Shown in pieces: positions 1 through 13,580 of a stretch of 64,000 bases of DNA. Every line of letters begins with the position of its first letter. Position 1 is the first letter of the stretch. Made by a program: the position numbers and the translations under genes. Location of the stretch: assembly GCF_009914755.1 (NCBI RefSeq), contig NC_060925.1; one strand, 5' to 3'. This DNA comes from the human T2T-CHM13v2.0 reference genome, Homo sapiens. Under the pieces are notes generated by a model that had not been told where the DNA came from, searched no databases, and saw nothing but the letters and a program-made list of their open reading frames with translations.

Positions 1-2119
1 CACCAAATGATAAAAGCTCAGAGTAGCCGGTGCCTGCACGTGAAGGGCGGTTTGTGTTCCTCGCTACTGGAAGTAGGATTATGGTTGTAATAATTATGTC
101 GACTTCAGTATTTTTTCCTTAAGAAAGTTTTATTGTGCCAACATCTGCAACAATAGACGCTGTATACTCTTAGGTACCAAGCACCCACCAGGATTTCGCC
201 ATGCTTGTTTTGTCTTTTCCTGTTTATGCCTGTGTGTGTGTGGTGGGGAGTTAGGGGTGGTAGTGGTGTGTTTTAAAGCAAATCTCGGATGTTATTTTTC
301 TTCTTGTGATGCTTACTTCAAAGTAAGTACCACTAACCTTGTGCCAGTGTTCTCATGTGGGGCGAGGATTAATTAAAGACTAAGGGATTTGAAGAGCAAC
401 TATAAAGTATTAAAAAGCCTGGGAGTAGGTGGTTGATTTGGGGCAGAGGTTATGGTGTTGCTGATACAGTGGCTTCTAAGCTTCTTGTGGGAAGGATGAG
501 TTTATCTTTGGCAGCCTTCAGTGATCTCCCCGCAGGCCTTGAGGTGAGATGTGTAGTGATGTCAGGCTCCTCTCTTGCTTGGTAACCTACAAACCAAGCA
601 AGGTGAGAGGCCCGGCGGAGCATCCCAAGGGTCTCCCGATGGCCACTCCAGAGCTGCGTCATCTGTTTTCTGCTGCAGCATCTGCAGGCTCTCACTCATC
701 CCGTTACACTTAGAGCGACCCATGTGCCTGTGGGCCCCTCCTGCCTCAGTACCAAGACTGTCCTTGGCACCCCCTCCCCAACCCCATTCTCAGATCGCCC
801 CCTGTGTTGCTTGTTAGCAGGCAGGTTCCAGTGCAGACTGGCCGAATCTGAATTTCTCAGTGAGCGTCTCAGAAATCTGCACTGTCAGCTCCCCTGACCC
901 CTAAGTTTGTGGGGTTTCCTGGCCAGGCCTCAGACTCTGGCAGTCGGGCCTGGGCCTTCTGAGGGGGTTTGTCCTGGAAATCCTGTCTTCCCCCAAGGGA
1001 AGCTCCCCCAAAGGAACCCTTTTAGGTGTCTGGTGTTTGAAGCCAGTCCCCCATTTCCCTCTGTTTTTGTTGTTATCACATACTGTAGGGATGGTTGTAA
1101 TAAATACAGACTTTTAGAGAATGCAGCCAACTTGGTGGTTCTCTGGGGATTCCTCCACTGAGGTCGGGGCTTAGACATTTACACGGTTTTCTTTTGCCTT
1201 TTGAGATTCTTATCCACAGCTAGTTGGTTGAAAGCCACCCACCTTGGCATAGTGCCAATGGGGGCCTTGCCCCGTGTGGTGCCTGATGCAGCACAGCAGG
1301 ACGTCAGGCAAGCCCAGACGTCAGGCAGGCCCAGAACGTCACCTGTCTTCTTGGTGGCAGTGGTTCCATCTGGACTTGGAAATACCATGTTTGAAACAAG
1401 GTCCCTGTAATTACTTAATTGTAAAGAAATGAGAGGTAGCATTTCGGCTTGCTTGCCTACCTGCCCAGCCCCTCTGGGAAGTGTGCCTTTCAAAGATGCT
1501 CGCCGCTTGCATTTTTATTATCCTGTGATTAAGAGAGAGGACGTTGGTCCACTCCTTGTCCAGGCTGCTTTGGGCTGTAGTGGACCTGCTTCTGGTGTTC
1601 CTTGAGGTTCTGCTTTCTTGTGAGGGTTCTTTTTTCTCTCTGCTTCTTATTAATCTGTAGCTGCTTATGTTTTTTGGCTTGGCTAAAAATAAGCACTTTT
1701 CCTTCTTCCTCCTGGGTTAGGAGTGAAAAAGACAGTCTTTGTATTTCTGCTGTTTGGAGTTGGATGTGAGAAATTGATAAGCTAAAAGACTGTGGTTATT
1801 TTTCCCCTCCCTTTTCATGTATCTCGTTAGGGAGCCCTGGAGGAGGAAGCTTTGGGAGGAGTCCCGCGCCTTCTCTCCCGCACCAGGTCTGAGAACTTGT
1901 TCGCAGCTATTCATGTCTTATGTGTGCCTGGTCACCCCTCTTCCTCTTTCAGTTTTGTTTTTTTGTTAATAGCTAAATCACATTTCTGGTTATTTCCTTA
2001 ATATGGACAGTATTTTCATTTCCTCTGGAGGTGTTGATCGGAGGCCACTGCCTGCCTCCCTTCCTGACCCGGTTGGAGTGAAGCAGGTGTGGGCTCAGAA
2101 AAGCCTGCTTGGGAAGCAC

Positions 2120-2720
2120 TCCTGTGTTCATTTACAACTCAGCCACCTTATACCAACCATACACTGCACACTCAGTATTAGATGAGAAAGGAGCAAACTC
2201 GGCTCTCAGGGAGCTGGGGCATTTAGGAAAAGGAAACAAATTAGTATAGTAAGATGCATTAATGAAACGGCATTGGGACTAACCTGGAGGGATGGCCCAG
2301 GTTGCAGGGGGAGGGGTGGGAAGGAGAGAGGGCATAGGGTGGGTGTCGTGCATGTAAGTGAAATGGCATGCCAGGGGCTGCACGCACCTCAGAGCGGCCC
2401 CACGTGTTGGCGGGGAGGCGTTATGCTGGAAACGTGACCTGTGAGGAGGTTAGGTAAGAACCACGCAGGGTCCTGTATGCTGCAGTCCAGAGCTGGCTAC
2501 CGCCTGCACTGTCAGATCTCGGTGTCTGTCCCGCTGGCCGCACTGTGCGGGAGTCGTGGCAGGGGACAGACAGGAGGCAGGTGGGCCACTAGAGCCCAGG
2601 TGAGAAGGGAAGCAGGCCTTCAGCTGTGGCAGGGTGAATTGGGAAGGAGGGGCCAGAGTTAGAGAAACAGGAGGCAGTGTCTGCATATCTGGCTAGCTGG
2701 TGAGATGTTGGGGATGAGGG
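2120..2720 (-). mobile_element. L2 fragment (degenerate)
   Basis: Weak resemblance to the reverse complement of the L2 3' end. Confidence 0.45.
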
Positions 2721-4159
2721 GTGGGCAGTGCCAAGCTGGGGGAGATTTCAGACCATGATTCTCAAAAGAATGCTCTCTGATTTGACAGCATCCTCAATTT
2801 GGAGGAATTACCTTTGTGTTCCTTCCAAGATGTTGTCACTGGACTGATGAACTGAAACCCTTTCCTCTGGCATTTTCTAGTTTCCAAGATCGACCGTGAA
2901 TTATAAAGACTTCATTTTATTCAACATTCATTGTGTTCAAACCTTCTAGCTGAAAGCCGCCTACTTTGGGGTTAAGGTGTGGGTTTGCCTATATTCACTT
3001 TGCTGTCCTTGACTCTTGGCCAACATTCCTAGAGCCCCTGCCACGGGACTGCTGTGGGCTGAGACTGGTGTCGCCTCTCCCTTGAAAGCATGGCCTGCTC
3101 TGCCGTGTGCCTGGCTTGGCCACTGGTTCTCCTTTCCTGGTCCCGCGGGGGCTTTTCTTTTCTTCTCTGTTGTAAAATAATCTCAGGCCAGGGCCACTCC
3201 TGGCCTACTCTTCGATTCTGCGAACAGTGGCTGGCTAGTGGTGTGGCCACATTCCCCTGCAGTGGTTGAGGCTAAACAGTCACTGTTGAGAGAAGCTGCC
3301 TTCCTCCTCCAAGAGTCCCTCCTTCCTGCCCTGTTGCCCTCTTCCCATTGAAGGAGAGCTTCTGTCTCCTGAGTGAGGGCCTCAGCTCTGCCTGTGGGTC
3401 ACCTCTGGCTCCCAGCCTGGAAGGCATTGCAGGCTTCATGAAGAGAGCTCGTCTTTAGCTGCTATTTCTAAGCATGATTGCTTGTTGGAGGTTGGCAGTG
3501 GTAGATGCTCCTAGCACACGTCCACACCTTCAGGGCAAACGCTCTGTCCCCAGACACTGTCCCTGTTTAGTTAGTTTCCTAAACTATGATCACTCAGCAA
3601 CCTCAAGGATAGTCACTGTATTATTACATACAGGTGCAGCCCTCTTACATACCTGTGTGTGTGTCCAGCCCCACTGGACACATGCCTCCCACTTGCCCAC
3701 ACTCTTCCCCATCCCGCTTTAAAGCTTCAAATCTGAAAAGACAGTGGCGCTGCGTGGCTGAGAGCCACGAGGTGGACTTTAGGTGAAGGGCTGCCCACCG
3801 GCACAACCAGATCAGTGGCCAGCTCGGGGCGTGCACAGTGCACTCAGAGGGAGAGCCCTGTGGCACTGCGTTATTTTCCTCCTAGAGCTGAAGCCAGAAA
3901 CCTGATAGGGAAAGGGGGCGTTTTCAGGGCTGGAGTAGTTCAGCACAGTCCCTTCCTCACTGTGGACTCCTTTTCTAAATCTGCAAGTCACAGGTAACCT
4001 GGGTGCATCCAACAGGTCCCACAGCCCTGGAAAGCCCTCGTTTAACACAAGTGCTCTCTGTCCTTGCTGCAGAGGCGGCTCCACGCCTTGCTTCTAGAGG
4101 TCCCTCACTCGCCTTCCGGAGTTAACTCCAGGGTGTGGGTCAGCCTTTTCAAGGGGTTT

Positions 4160-4474
4160 TGTTTTCTTTTTTTTTCTTTCTTTCTATTTTTGTTTTTGAG
4201 ACAAGGTTTGTTGCCTAGGCTGGAGTGCAGTGGTGTGATCACAGCTCACTGCAGCCTTGATGTCCCTGGGCTCAGGTGATCCTCCCACCTCAGCCTTCCG
4301 AGTAGCTGGGACTACAGGTGTGCACCACTATGCCCAGCTAATTTTTGTATTTTTAGTAGAGACAGGGTTTCGCTCTATTGCCCAGGCTGGTCTCAAACTC
4401 CTGGGCCCAAGAGATCCACCCACCTCACCCTCCCAAAGTGTTGGGATTACAGGCATAAGCCACCATACCCAGCC
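4160..4474 (-). mobile_element. Alu (AluJ-like), full length
   Basis: T-rich tail then both Alu arms; J-type tcacagctcactgcagcc...ctcctgggc. Confidence 0.93.
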
Positions 4475-4488
4475 CCACTCCTCCCCAC

Positions 4489-4768
4489 CTTTTTTTTAAA
4501 CAGGGCCTCGCCCTGTCACCCAGGCTGGAGTGATCACAGCTCACTGCAGCCTTGACCTCCTGGGCTCAAATGATTCTCCTGCCTCAGCCATCTGACTAGC
4601 TGGGACCACAGGCACGTACCACCACGCCCAGCTAATTTTTGCATTTTTTGTAGAGACGGCGTTTCTCCATATTGCCCAGGCTGGTCTCGAACTCCTGGGC
4701 TCAGGCAGTCCACCTGCCTCAGCCTCCCAAAGTGCTGAGATTACAGGCGTGAGCCACTGAGCCTGGCC
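4489..4768 (-). mobile_element. Alu (AluJ-like), tandem with the previous copy
   Basis: Second dimeric Alu about 15 bp after the first, same orientation. Confidence 0.93.
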
Positions 4769-7270
4769 TACTTGTTTAATTCTTGATTGCTTGATTTCAG
4801 AAGGTGCTGCTTCTGCTTTTATGGCTCCTGAAGTCATTTTATGGTCTTGACCTTGTCTCTCCTGGAGCGGGTGGGAGGACATTGCGAGGCCACCTAGATT
4901 GGACTTGTGTGGTTGAGCACTGGGTTCAGGAACATCCCTGGAGGGTGGGTGATGGTTGCTGCCTGCTTGCTGTTTTATAGGGTGTTTCTCTTACAGGCTG
5001 CCAATAGCTTGGTGGTTTGAGCATCCTATTATTGCAGTGATTCTTAGGTCTGGCGTTGAGGGCAGCAAGATTTCTGCCTAAACATAGTCCTTCTCTGTAG
5101 TAGTGATTCTAGGATGAGCCACTGTAGACAGGGGCATGTATTGAGTGCAACAAGCGGTTGAGGGACCTTAGATTTTGAGGGTTTTTAAAAACCGCCTGAT
5201 TGGTTTGTGTGCATCCTGCCACAGTGTTACCTAGGTGGGCTTAATGAGGTGGGAGTGGGCTTTTTGTTTTGTTGTTTTATGCCTCAGCCATGTAAATATA
5301 AACAGATACATTGAATCATTCAATGTCCAGAGTGGGAAATTACAGCCAAGCCCTCCTCACTTTTAGAATAGCATGGCGTGAATAACTGCAAAACCTCCCT
5401 CTGGTCTTTCCTGCCTCTTTAAGAGTTCTGTCTCCAGAGACTGGCAGAGCCGTCTCTGGGCAGATTTGCCGAATTGTTTCAGCAGGGCTTCTCCGGTGGC
5501 CATCAGATCAATTGATCTTGACACATGGGGTGCCTCTGAGGGCTTCTCACTCTTGATTTAATTCTCAGAAACGCTTCTCAACACCGTTGGTGTCTTTCTT
5601 AATTATACCATAATAGAGGTTGACAGCCACACAGTATGATGGACCCCAGGGTGAGGATGGCTGGGTGGGCTTGTGGGGCTGCTGAGGCAGAGACCTAGGA
5701 GGGTGCTCTCCATTCCTGGATGCGGAGCCCATGAGTGGCTTAAAAGACATGCACTGGCTCCGCCCTGGGGCCAGGAGAGCCATCGCCTGCTTGGTGACTG
5801 CAAAGCTGCCTACCTCCGTGTGCTGCCGTTTTTCTGTACCGAAGCTTCCCTCTTTACCTCACCATAGGAAGCCTGAGATGTAACACTCAGAAGAGGCTTG
5901 ACAGGCTTGGAATCAAAGGCATGACTTCATACATCACCCAAGGTGTCATATTTCTTCTCAGAAACTTATATTTGGATAAAACAAAAATCCTTTTTCAACC
6001 TTTGAAACGGTTTCCAACAGCTGCTTTAAAAAGACATAGTACAACAACTCCTTCCACTTCCTCTTTCTGCCCGCTTTGTTTTTGTCCGCAACCTTTGCAG
6101 AGAAGTGAATGTCTCTGTTAGAGTTGGAGTTGGAAATTGGGGAGGGATGTGTGACTTGATTCTGAAAGGAAAGTCTCATCTCTTTGGTAGAGCATTTTTG
6201 TTTTGTTTGTTTGTTTTTAGACCTTAAGCTCTACTTATAATTCTGTCTAAGACACCTTTGTGGAGCAGTTGGAGTGCCTGGCTCCTCATTAGAGAATGCG
6301 CTGCGACATTCAGCCTCTCCTTGGCCTTCTAGGATGGCGGGAGGCACAGACACACACTCCTTTTCCCACCCAGGGATTTGGCGTTCAGAATGGGGGCTTT
6401 GACTGCTTGGCCCTGACTGTGCAGTTTTCTGGATGGAAGCCTGCTGTCTTCTGAGCACAAAGGAATCCATCGTTTTCTTTGCTTCCCGAAGGAATCTATT
6501 TTCCCAGTGGCAGAGCAACTTAGAGAATTCCCAGCCAGGGCCACCATTCTCAACTCCTCAGGACGAGGCTGGTGCACCCGGCATGCAGGTGTCTGTAACT
6601 TTGTGTGACTTGTTGAACTCTTTCCTATTTAAGGTGCACTACCTGGGTTGCCTGGAGCACAATATTCTTCCTCTTGTGGAAATATGTTCAGGATCTTGTG
6701 TGGTGTCCTGGGTTTGATTTTATAGCTTTGCCAACATAATGATTACAGTTGACGATCACCGTGGCCACCGTTGTCTTTTCCCTCCATTCCCCTGCAGCTT
6801 TCTGGACCTCCGGGATGTCCTCCTGGAGGGAAGGCCCCTGGAGAAGTGTCCCAGTAGAACGCACTGTTGTGTCACTTGCTCTGACCACCGTTGACATCGC
6901 AGCACAGCGCTGCACACCCGTGACAGGGTGATGGTAGAAGATGAGGGTCGGATTGTCCACGTAGTGCCTCCAGGAAGCTCAGGATGATGGCCAAGCCAGA
7001 TATGTAAGGTGGCTTTGGGGCACAGGATGATGCCCTCGAAGTAATGCATGGTCTAGTTGTTTTGTAAACAGTGCTGTTTCCTGAAGAAGCAATGATTTTC
7101 TGACTACCCGGCCTCCCCAAGATAGCCCTGGGAGGAGAATTTCTGATTCTCTCTACAGCAGTGCCTTCTTCTGTAGGATCTCCCCACATGTCCCTGTGCC
7201 CACCACGTAAGCTAAGGAAGGAAAGCAGAGCTCCTCAGTTCATTGATGGCTTCAACTACAGATGAACCAG

Positions 7271-7823
7271 TGTTACAGGAAAGGGGTCCCGATCCAGACC
7301 CCAAGAGAGGGTTCTTGGATCTCGCTCAAGAAAGAATTCAGAGCAAGTCCGTAGTGCCAAGTGAAAAGAAGTTTATTACAAAAGTAAAGGAATAAAAGAA
7401 TGGCTGTTCCATAGACAGAGCAGCCTCGAGAGCTGCTGGTCGCCCATTTCTATGGCTATTTCTTGATGATATGCTAAACAAGGGGTGGATTATTCATGCC
7501 TCTCCTTTTTAGACCATATAGGGTAACTTCCTGACATTGCCATGGCATTTGTGAATTATCATGGTGCTGGTGGAAGTGTAGCAGTGAGGACGACCAGAGG
7601 TCATTCCTGTGGCCATCTTGGTTTTGGTGGGTTTTGGCCGGCTCCTTTACTGTAGCCTGTCTTATCAGCAAGGTCTTTATGACCTTATTTTGTGCCGATC
7701 TCCTATCTCATCCTGTGACTTAGAATGCCTTAACTGTCTGGGAATGCAGCCCAGTAGGTTTTAGCCTCATTTTACCCAACTCCTATTCAAGATGGAGTTG
7801 CTTTGGCTCACATGCCTCTGACA
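7271..7823 (-). mobile_element. MER41A-like solo LTR (ERV1)
   Basis: 553 bp with TG...CA ends. Minus strand reads TGTCAGAGGC...ACTCCATCTTGAATAGG...GGGTCTGGATCGGGACCCCTTTCCTGTAACA, as in the recalled MER41 consensus. Confidence 0.88.
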
Positions 7824-7961
7824 AAAGTAAAGCTCTCAGGGGGCTCAGGCTGATGGGTTCCCTTTTACTTCTTTGAATCCCCAGTCGGGCTTGGAACCAT
7901 GGCCTGTAAGCGCATCCGACACTTGGCTAGAATCTCGAACCTGACTCTTTCAAAGATGAGG

Positions 7962-8235
7962 GCAAGGTTTTTCAAATTGTAAGTTGTGACTCAGTAGATC
8001 ATGAAACTAATAGAGGAGAATAACATCAGTATTCATGATGAATAATTAAATAGAAAATACTGGAGCACATCATACATGTAAGAGTAGGTACCCTTTTATG
8101 ACACCGTATGTGGATGGATGGGCGTGCATGTATTTATATAACGTATATATTTAAATACATGGTTTGGGGGATGGATGTCTACATCAAATTTATTTGTTAC
8201 TATGGGTTTTGGCAAAAAAGTTTGAAAGCTGCTAG
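7962..8235. mobile_element. hAT-Charlie-type non-autonomous DNA transposon fragment (family uncertain)
   Basis: Ends resemble ...tttcaaattg... and ...aaaagtttgaaagc...; similar to 55010-55232. Confidence 0.5.
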
Positions 8236-8649
8236 GATAGTGCATAGCCAGGAGGGAAATAAGAAGAAGCTATGAGAGAACTAGATAATCCTTCTCCTAC
8301 ACAGACTCGTGTTTTGTGTGAGTGGGACACTCCTCAGCCTGCGTCCACTCTCAGGTAGCTTCCTCTTTGAACCGCTTGTCATTGTGAGGCAGTGACCATC
8401 TGCGCCAGCCCTGTCCTTGGCTCTAACGTGATGTTCATTTGCTCACCTTTCTTGGACTTCCTTTGCTTCCTCAGGCTTTAGCTTCTTGCCCTGCTGCCTG
8501 TATCTATGGCCTTCTCTCTGGCTGTGGTTTAGGGAAAATCACTCCATCTTTCTGTGCCTTCAGTGTGTTTGTCCACTGTGAGTGAAGCATAATCAATACT
8601 TGGTGACTTGGCTAAACTGCGTTCAGTCCTTCTGAATACTTATTTACAT

Positions 8650-8819
8650 TTTATTTATTATTTTTATTTTTAGAGATGAGGTCTTACCGTGTTGTCCAGG
8701 CTGGAGTGCAGTGGCGTGATCATGGCTCACTGTAATCTCAAACTCTTGTGCTCAAGCGATCTTCTTATCTCAGTCTGTGGAGTAGCTGAGACTATAGGCC
8801 TGAGCCACTGCCCCTGGCC
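8650..8819 (-). mobile_element. Alu monomer (FRAM-like)
   Basis: Single right-arm-type monomer with (TTTTA)n tail. Confidence 0.85.
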
Positions 8820-10084
8820 TGAATACATTTAAATGAGATAAAATTAAATGAGAGAATGAAAATGAATAGGCCCATTGCCATGCCTGAGACAAACTCAGAT
8901 GTCTGCTAATGATCGGTTCTTTTCTCCTTACATGCGGGAGTGTTTCTGTAGTCAGACTGGACACCTACACACTTAAACAGTCATTGATGGGGGGTCAGCC
9001 TTCAACATTTTAAGGGTCTCTTTGCGTTTTTAGTTTTATTTTTAATCACAGTAAGCACATTTTCATGTATTAGAGAAAAAGAAAAAACACCCATAATGCT
9101 TTCTGTGTAGAAGCAAGCATTACAGTGGCCTTGGTGGTGTTTTTTGAAAGGGCTGGGGAATTAATTCATCGAGAACATCTGAGGACGCCTTCCAGATTCA
9201 CCAATCATCAGGCCCCTAAGTACCCTTCCAGCCCCACGCCCCTGAGTTCTTTTCATGATTCCAACCCAGAGGTCTCAGTTGTGAAAAGTTTCTTTTGTCA
9301 GACACAGTGAGCTCAGTCTGTCTGGCCGAGGCCACTCCGCTCTTGGAGATGGATTACAGCCTTTGTTCCCACTCCTGGGCCTCCTGGCGTGGCCTCGGGG
9401 GCCCCTGGTTGGTGGCACTCACCATTCACTCTGTGGAGGGGTCTGGTGGAACTGATATGTTCATAAAAGCTACTGGTAAAAACAAAACAACAACAAAAAA
9501 GCTACTGGTGCCCAGTGCCTCTTACAAACTCTCATGCAGATTTATCGTGTGGGTCTGTCTGCGTGGGTGTCTACCTTATAAAGACTCAGAAATGGTTTCT
9601 CTTTTCACCCATTGTTTGGAGAATAATAAGTCTCTGTCAGATTAGCTTCTTGGGGCCTCAGTGCTTTTTGAAAAGAGCTTGCATAATCAGTGTCTGGTGA
9701 GCTGTGAGGCCAAGAGCATATTGCCATTGTGCAACGGGGATGTGGATTTTGTACATTTTCAATATTTCACCATTCAGTCTTGTCAGAAGTCAAGCTGCCG
9801 TCCACCCTGCACTTGCAGTGGAGACATAGGCCCTTCGTCCACAGTGGATAAGTTTTTCTCCACGTGGGCCACATTCTTACTAGAAAAGAAACCCCGGCCC
9901 TTTAGCTCATCATCCTCTGCTCTGGCTTTCCCCGAGTTGGTACAGAGCTGATGCCGTTGGTGTTTTTAAGAAATAATCTTGAGTCAGAAGGAATGTGCCA
10001 AACCGGCACAGGTGAGAGATCTCTGGACCCCCTTATATTTGCCTATTCTGCCCCTTCTGAGAAATTTCTGGGAGAGAAGGTAGT

Positions 10085-10463
10085 ATTATGGGACAATGAA
10101 GCCCTAACCCCCAGGACCTCAGAATGTCACTTTATTTGGAGATAAGATCTTTATAGATATAATCAAATTAAAATGTGGTCGTCAGCATGGGCTCTAGTAT
10201 GACTGGTGTCCTTATGAAATGGGGGATTCAGACAGAGCCAGACACACGTGGAGGGAAGACAGTGACAAGAGAATAGACAACAGGCACCACCTCTAAGCCA
10301 AGGAGAGAGGCCTGGAACAGCATCTTCCCCCATGGCCCTCGGAAGGAACAAACCCTGTCGCCCCTTGAGCGCAGACTTCCAGAACTGTGAGAAAGTGTGT
10401 TTCTGTTCCTGAAGCCTCCCAGTTTGTAGTACTTTATTATGGCAGCCCTGGCATACTTACTCA
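10085..10463 (+). mobile_element. MLT1 (MLT1B-like) MaLR solo LTR
   Basis: gaagccctaacccccagg...atgactggtgtcctta...aagccaaggagagaggcctggaacag...ccagaactgtgag...atggcagccct. Confidence 0.8.
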
Positions 10464-11796
10464 GGTAGTCTCTGTCAGGTTATTTATAACTCACCTTATC
10501 ACATTGGTAACTTGTGGTTTTATCATTTGGCATGACATCCAAGGCCCCTTGCAGTTCTAATATTTACGTACTAGCACTTAAAAAGACTTTCTCTGACCAC
10601 AGGGTCTTTGCTGGATGGGGTCTTGGTCTGGGGCTGGGGCTTTGGTTTCCAAACATCAGGGTCCTCCCAGATGAGGCTGCCCCGCGCCGCATGCACCCCC
10701 CACCCCGTTTCCGCGTGCAGTTTTCTGCGGAAGTATTTCCCAGGTCCTCGGTTTCCCTTCTGTGTGAGAGCGTCACTTTCTCTCACATCTGTGGAGCGGA
10801 AGTCCTGAGGCAGTCACCGTTTGGGGCCTGCATGGGGTTGTGAGAGCCCTTGTGCTGGCTCCTGCCCGCCCTGTTCTTCGTTGGCTGCCTAGGGCTCCCT
10901 GCAGGTTTTCGCTCGGAGGTGGGCCCTGCCTGCAGCCGCTGACCTCCGGGAGAGACCGGCCTCTCCCTAATTATAGCTCATCTCTTAATCCCGGTCATCA
11001 TTTCAGCTGGCTGTCCTTGAACTGAAAATTGGAATACAATTCAACCTGTAGCTGTTTTAAAAACTGCCTTATTCAGAGAGGGTCAAGATAAAGAAATTTT
11101 AGCTTCTTTCAGGATCTTCCAAAACAGATCAGGAATGACTGAATCAGGACAGGGTCTCCTCCTTTGGGGCTGGGAGGGACAGGGCAGGACTCTCCCAGGA
11201 CAGTCCCATGGGCAGAGCTAGGTTTTGTGAGGACTGGAGCTTTTGTCATTTGAAGACCATTTCTAAGAGAAAGAGTGATTATAAACCCAAAACTGGGCTC
11301 CCAAGTGCATAGCACAAAGGACCCCACAGAAGATCACAAATGGCCCATCCTGACTGGAAGAGAGAGATTAGATTGAGGGCCAGGTCGTGAGGGCACTCTG
11401 AGGGTCGCTAAGACATTCGGCGTCAACCTCCAGTTCACTCAGGAGTTCTGAGTGGAGGACAGAAGCCTTGCTTTAAAAGGACTAATTCTGTAGTGATTTT
11501 GCCACATGGAGAGGGGAGGGAACTATTGTGTCAGATCAGGAAAACCATGGGATCAGTGCTAAGGGCCTGTGTGGTGGGCTCTGTCTGGGTGGGAGAGACT
11601 GTGTCCTGGTCATGGGGCTCAGTCTGTGGGTGGGTGATAGAAGAGTAAAGCTTTTGTGTTTTTAGGGTGGGGAAGAGAAGAGAGAGTCATTGATTTTAGA
11701 TACAAGTGGAACACCACGTAGACCTGGCCTCTGGGTGGTGATGACCTTCTGGGGTTGATGTCTGGAGACGGTGCGGTTTTGGGATGGGGGAGCAGA

Positions 11797-11801
11797 GGAG
11801 G

Positions 11802-11834
<33 letters not shown>

Positions 11835-11855
11835 TGTGTGTGTGTGTGTGTGTGT
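11797..11855. repeat. Compound (GA)n(GT)n microsatellite
   Basis: Directly visible. Confidence 0.95.
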
Positions 11856-12859
11856 TTTACAGCAAAGACCTGGATCCTGAATCTTGGGGAGAAAACTCCT
11901 TGCATTGTACATATTGGGCTGGTTACATGGCTGAAGTTCACCGTGTCATTTTAGGCCTGTTTCTGGCTTCCACACTGGTTTGCAATGTCATCCTAGGGAA
12001 GTCAGCTTGTCCTTGGTAGGATATATTCATTGGTGAGTTCACTCAAGAGACTCCTTTTTGCGTTTCTTTACCTTCAACGTTCGTTTCCTAAAATTGATTA
12101 TTCCTTCATAAAGTTGCCAGCATTTTCAACATGCTTCCTAGATGCTGGATATTTTATTATCGTTTGTCACGGATCAATTTATTTTTTTGGCCCTTAAACT
12201 ATCACATTTTCTGCAGTTAAATTTGCTTAACTTTCTAATGCAGGGGCAGAATGTAACCTGCAGGTTGTGGCTTTAGAAAGCAATGTGGAACTCGGGGCCA
12301 TGGTAAGCAAGTTGGTGGTGGTTTTTTTTAATAGCACACCTCATCCTTTGATGTCAGAACACTGTCTACACACTCTGATTCATTTCAGTCAGTCCCTAAA
12401 ATGTGAAGATGAAATGCTGGGGAGACAGATCCTCTGGCCTGAGGAAGCTAGCCGTCTTGTTTGGGAGATAAGAAACATCAACTGTTTTGAAAATACTTTG
12501 GTTCTATCATTAGAGAGCTGATCAAGTGCAGTAAGAGGCAAGGTCAGACTGGGCTGTATTATGTTTTGATTTGGAGAAACTATCACGAAAGAGGTAACAT
12601 TGAGTCAGAGCCTGAGAGAATTGTGGAGAATCCCTGCAGGAGTAAATAAGACCATCCCAGGAGGGCTCTCATTTAAGGCCTCGTGTACTGTGGTCATTTG
12701 ACCTTGGTTCAGATGCCACTTCAGTTTAGATGCATTTAAAAGCAGAGAAAACATTGGAACTTACTGTGTAGTATTGAGTGAGCATTAATTGAGATGTGTG
12801 TGAACCATTGAGCATGATACCTGGCGTGTCGTAAGCACCATTATAGCAAACTTATAGAA

Positions 12860-13580
12860 AGCTGCATTATGTCACTGTACACCTAGGGGAGTGGCTTTGG
12901 GGGGAAAAAAAGCAAAAATGCCACCAAGTACTGGCAAGGACATAGAGCAGCTGGAACTCTTATCCCTTGCCAGTGGGAATGCAAAATGGTACAACCACTT
13001 TGGAAAATAGTTGAGCAGTTTCTTATAAAGCTAAACACATGTTCTCATACAACGCAGTAATCCCACCCTTAGATATTATCCAAGGGAAATGGAAATTTAT
13101 GTGCTCTTGGGATTCATAATGGCATTATTCATATTTGCCAAAACTGGAAACTACGTAACTGTCCCACGACTGGGGAATGGATGAACAAGCTGTGGTTTGC
13201 GTACATGGTGGAATGCAGCATGTGGCGGGATACCTCCTGCAGTGGAAAGGAGACAAGCACGGTTCACACAATGTGGATGGATCTCTGTACATTATGTGCA
13301 TTAAGAAGCCAGGTCCAAAGGCTACATACTGTATACTTCTATTCATATGACATTCTGGAAAAGGCAAAACTACAGAGAAAGCAGATCAAGGATTGCCAGG
13401 GGCTGGAGAAGAGAGTTAACTACAAATGTACTCAGGGGAGTTTTGGAGGATGGTGGCACTGTTCTATATCTTGATTGTGGTGGTGGTTGCATGACTATAT
13501 GCAGATGTCAAAGCTCCCAGATCTGGATACTAAGAAGAGTGAATTTTACTGTATGTAAATTATACTTTTAATTTAAAAGC
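12860..13580 (+). mobile_element. Old L1 (L1ME/L1MC-like) 3' fragment
   Basis: tgggaatgcaaaatggtacaaccactttggaaaa... through ...ctgtatgtaaattatactttaa, typical of the L1M ORF2 end and 3' UTR. Confidence 0.82.

Noticed and set aside
4064-4882. ORFs with LECSG / [13 protein letters not shown] motifs (also near 16045, 22660, 35538, 39263, 55569, 59639)
   Set aside because: Translations of Alu sequence.
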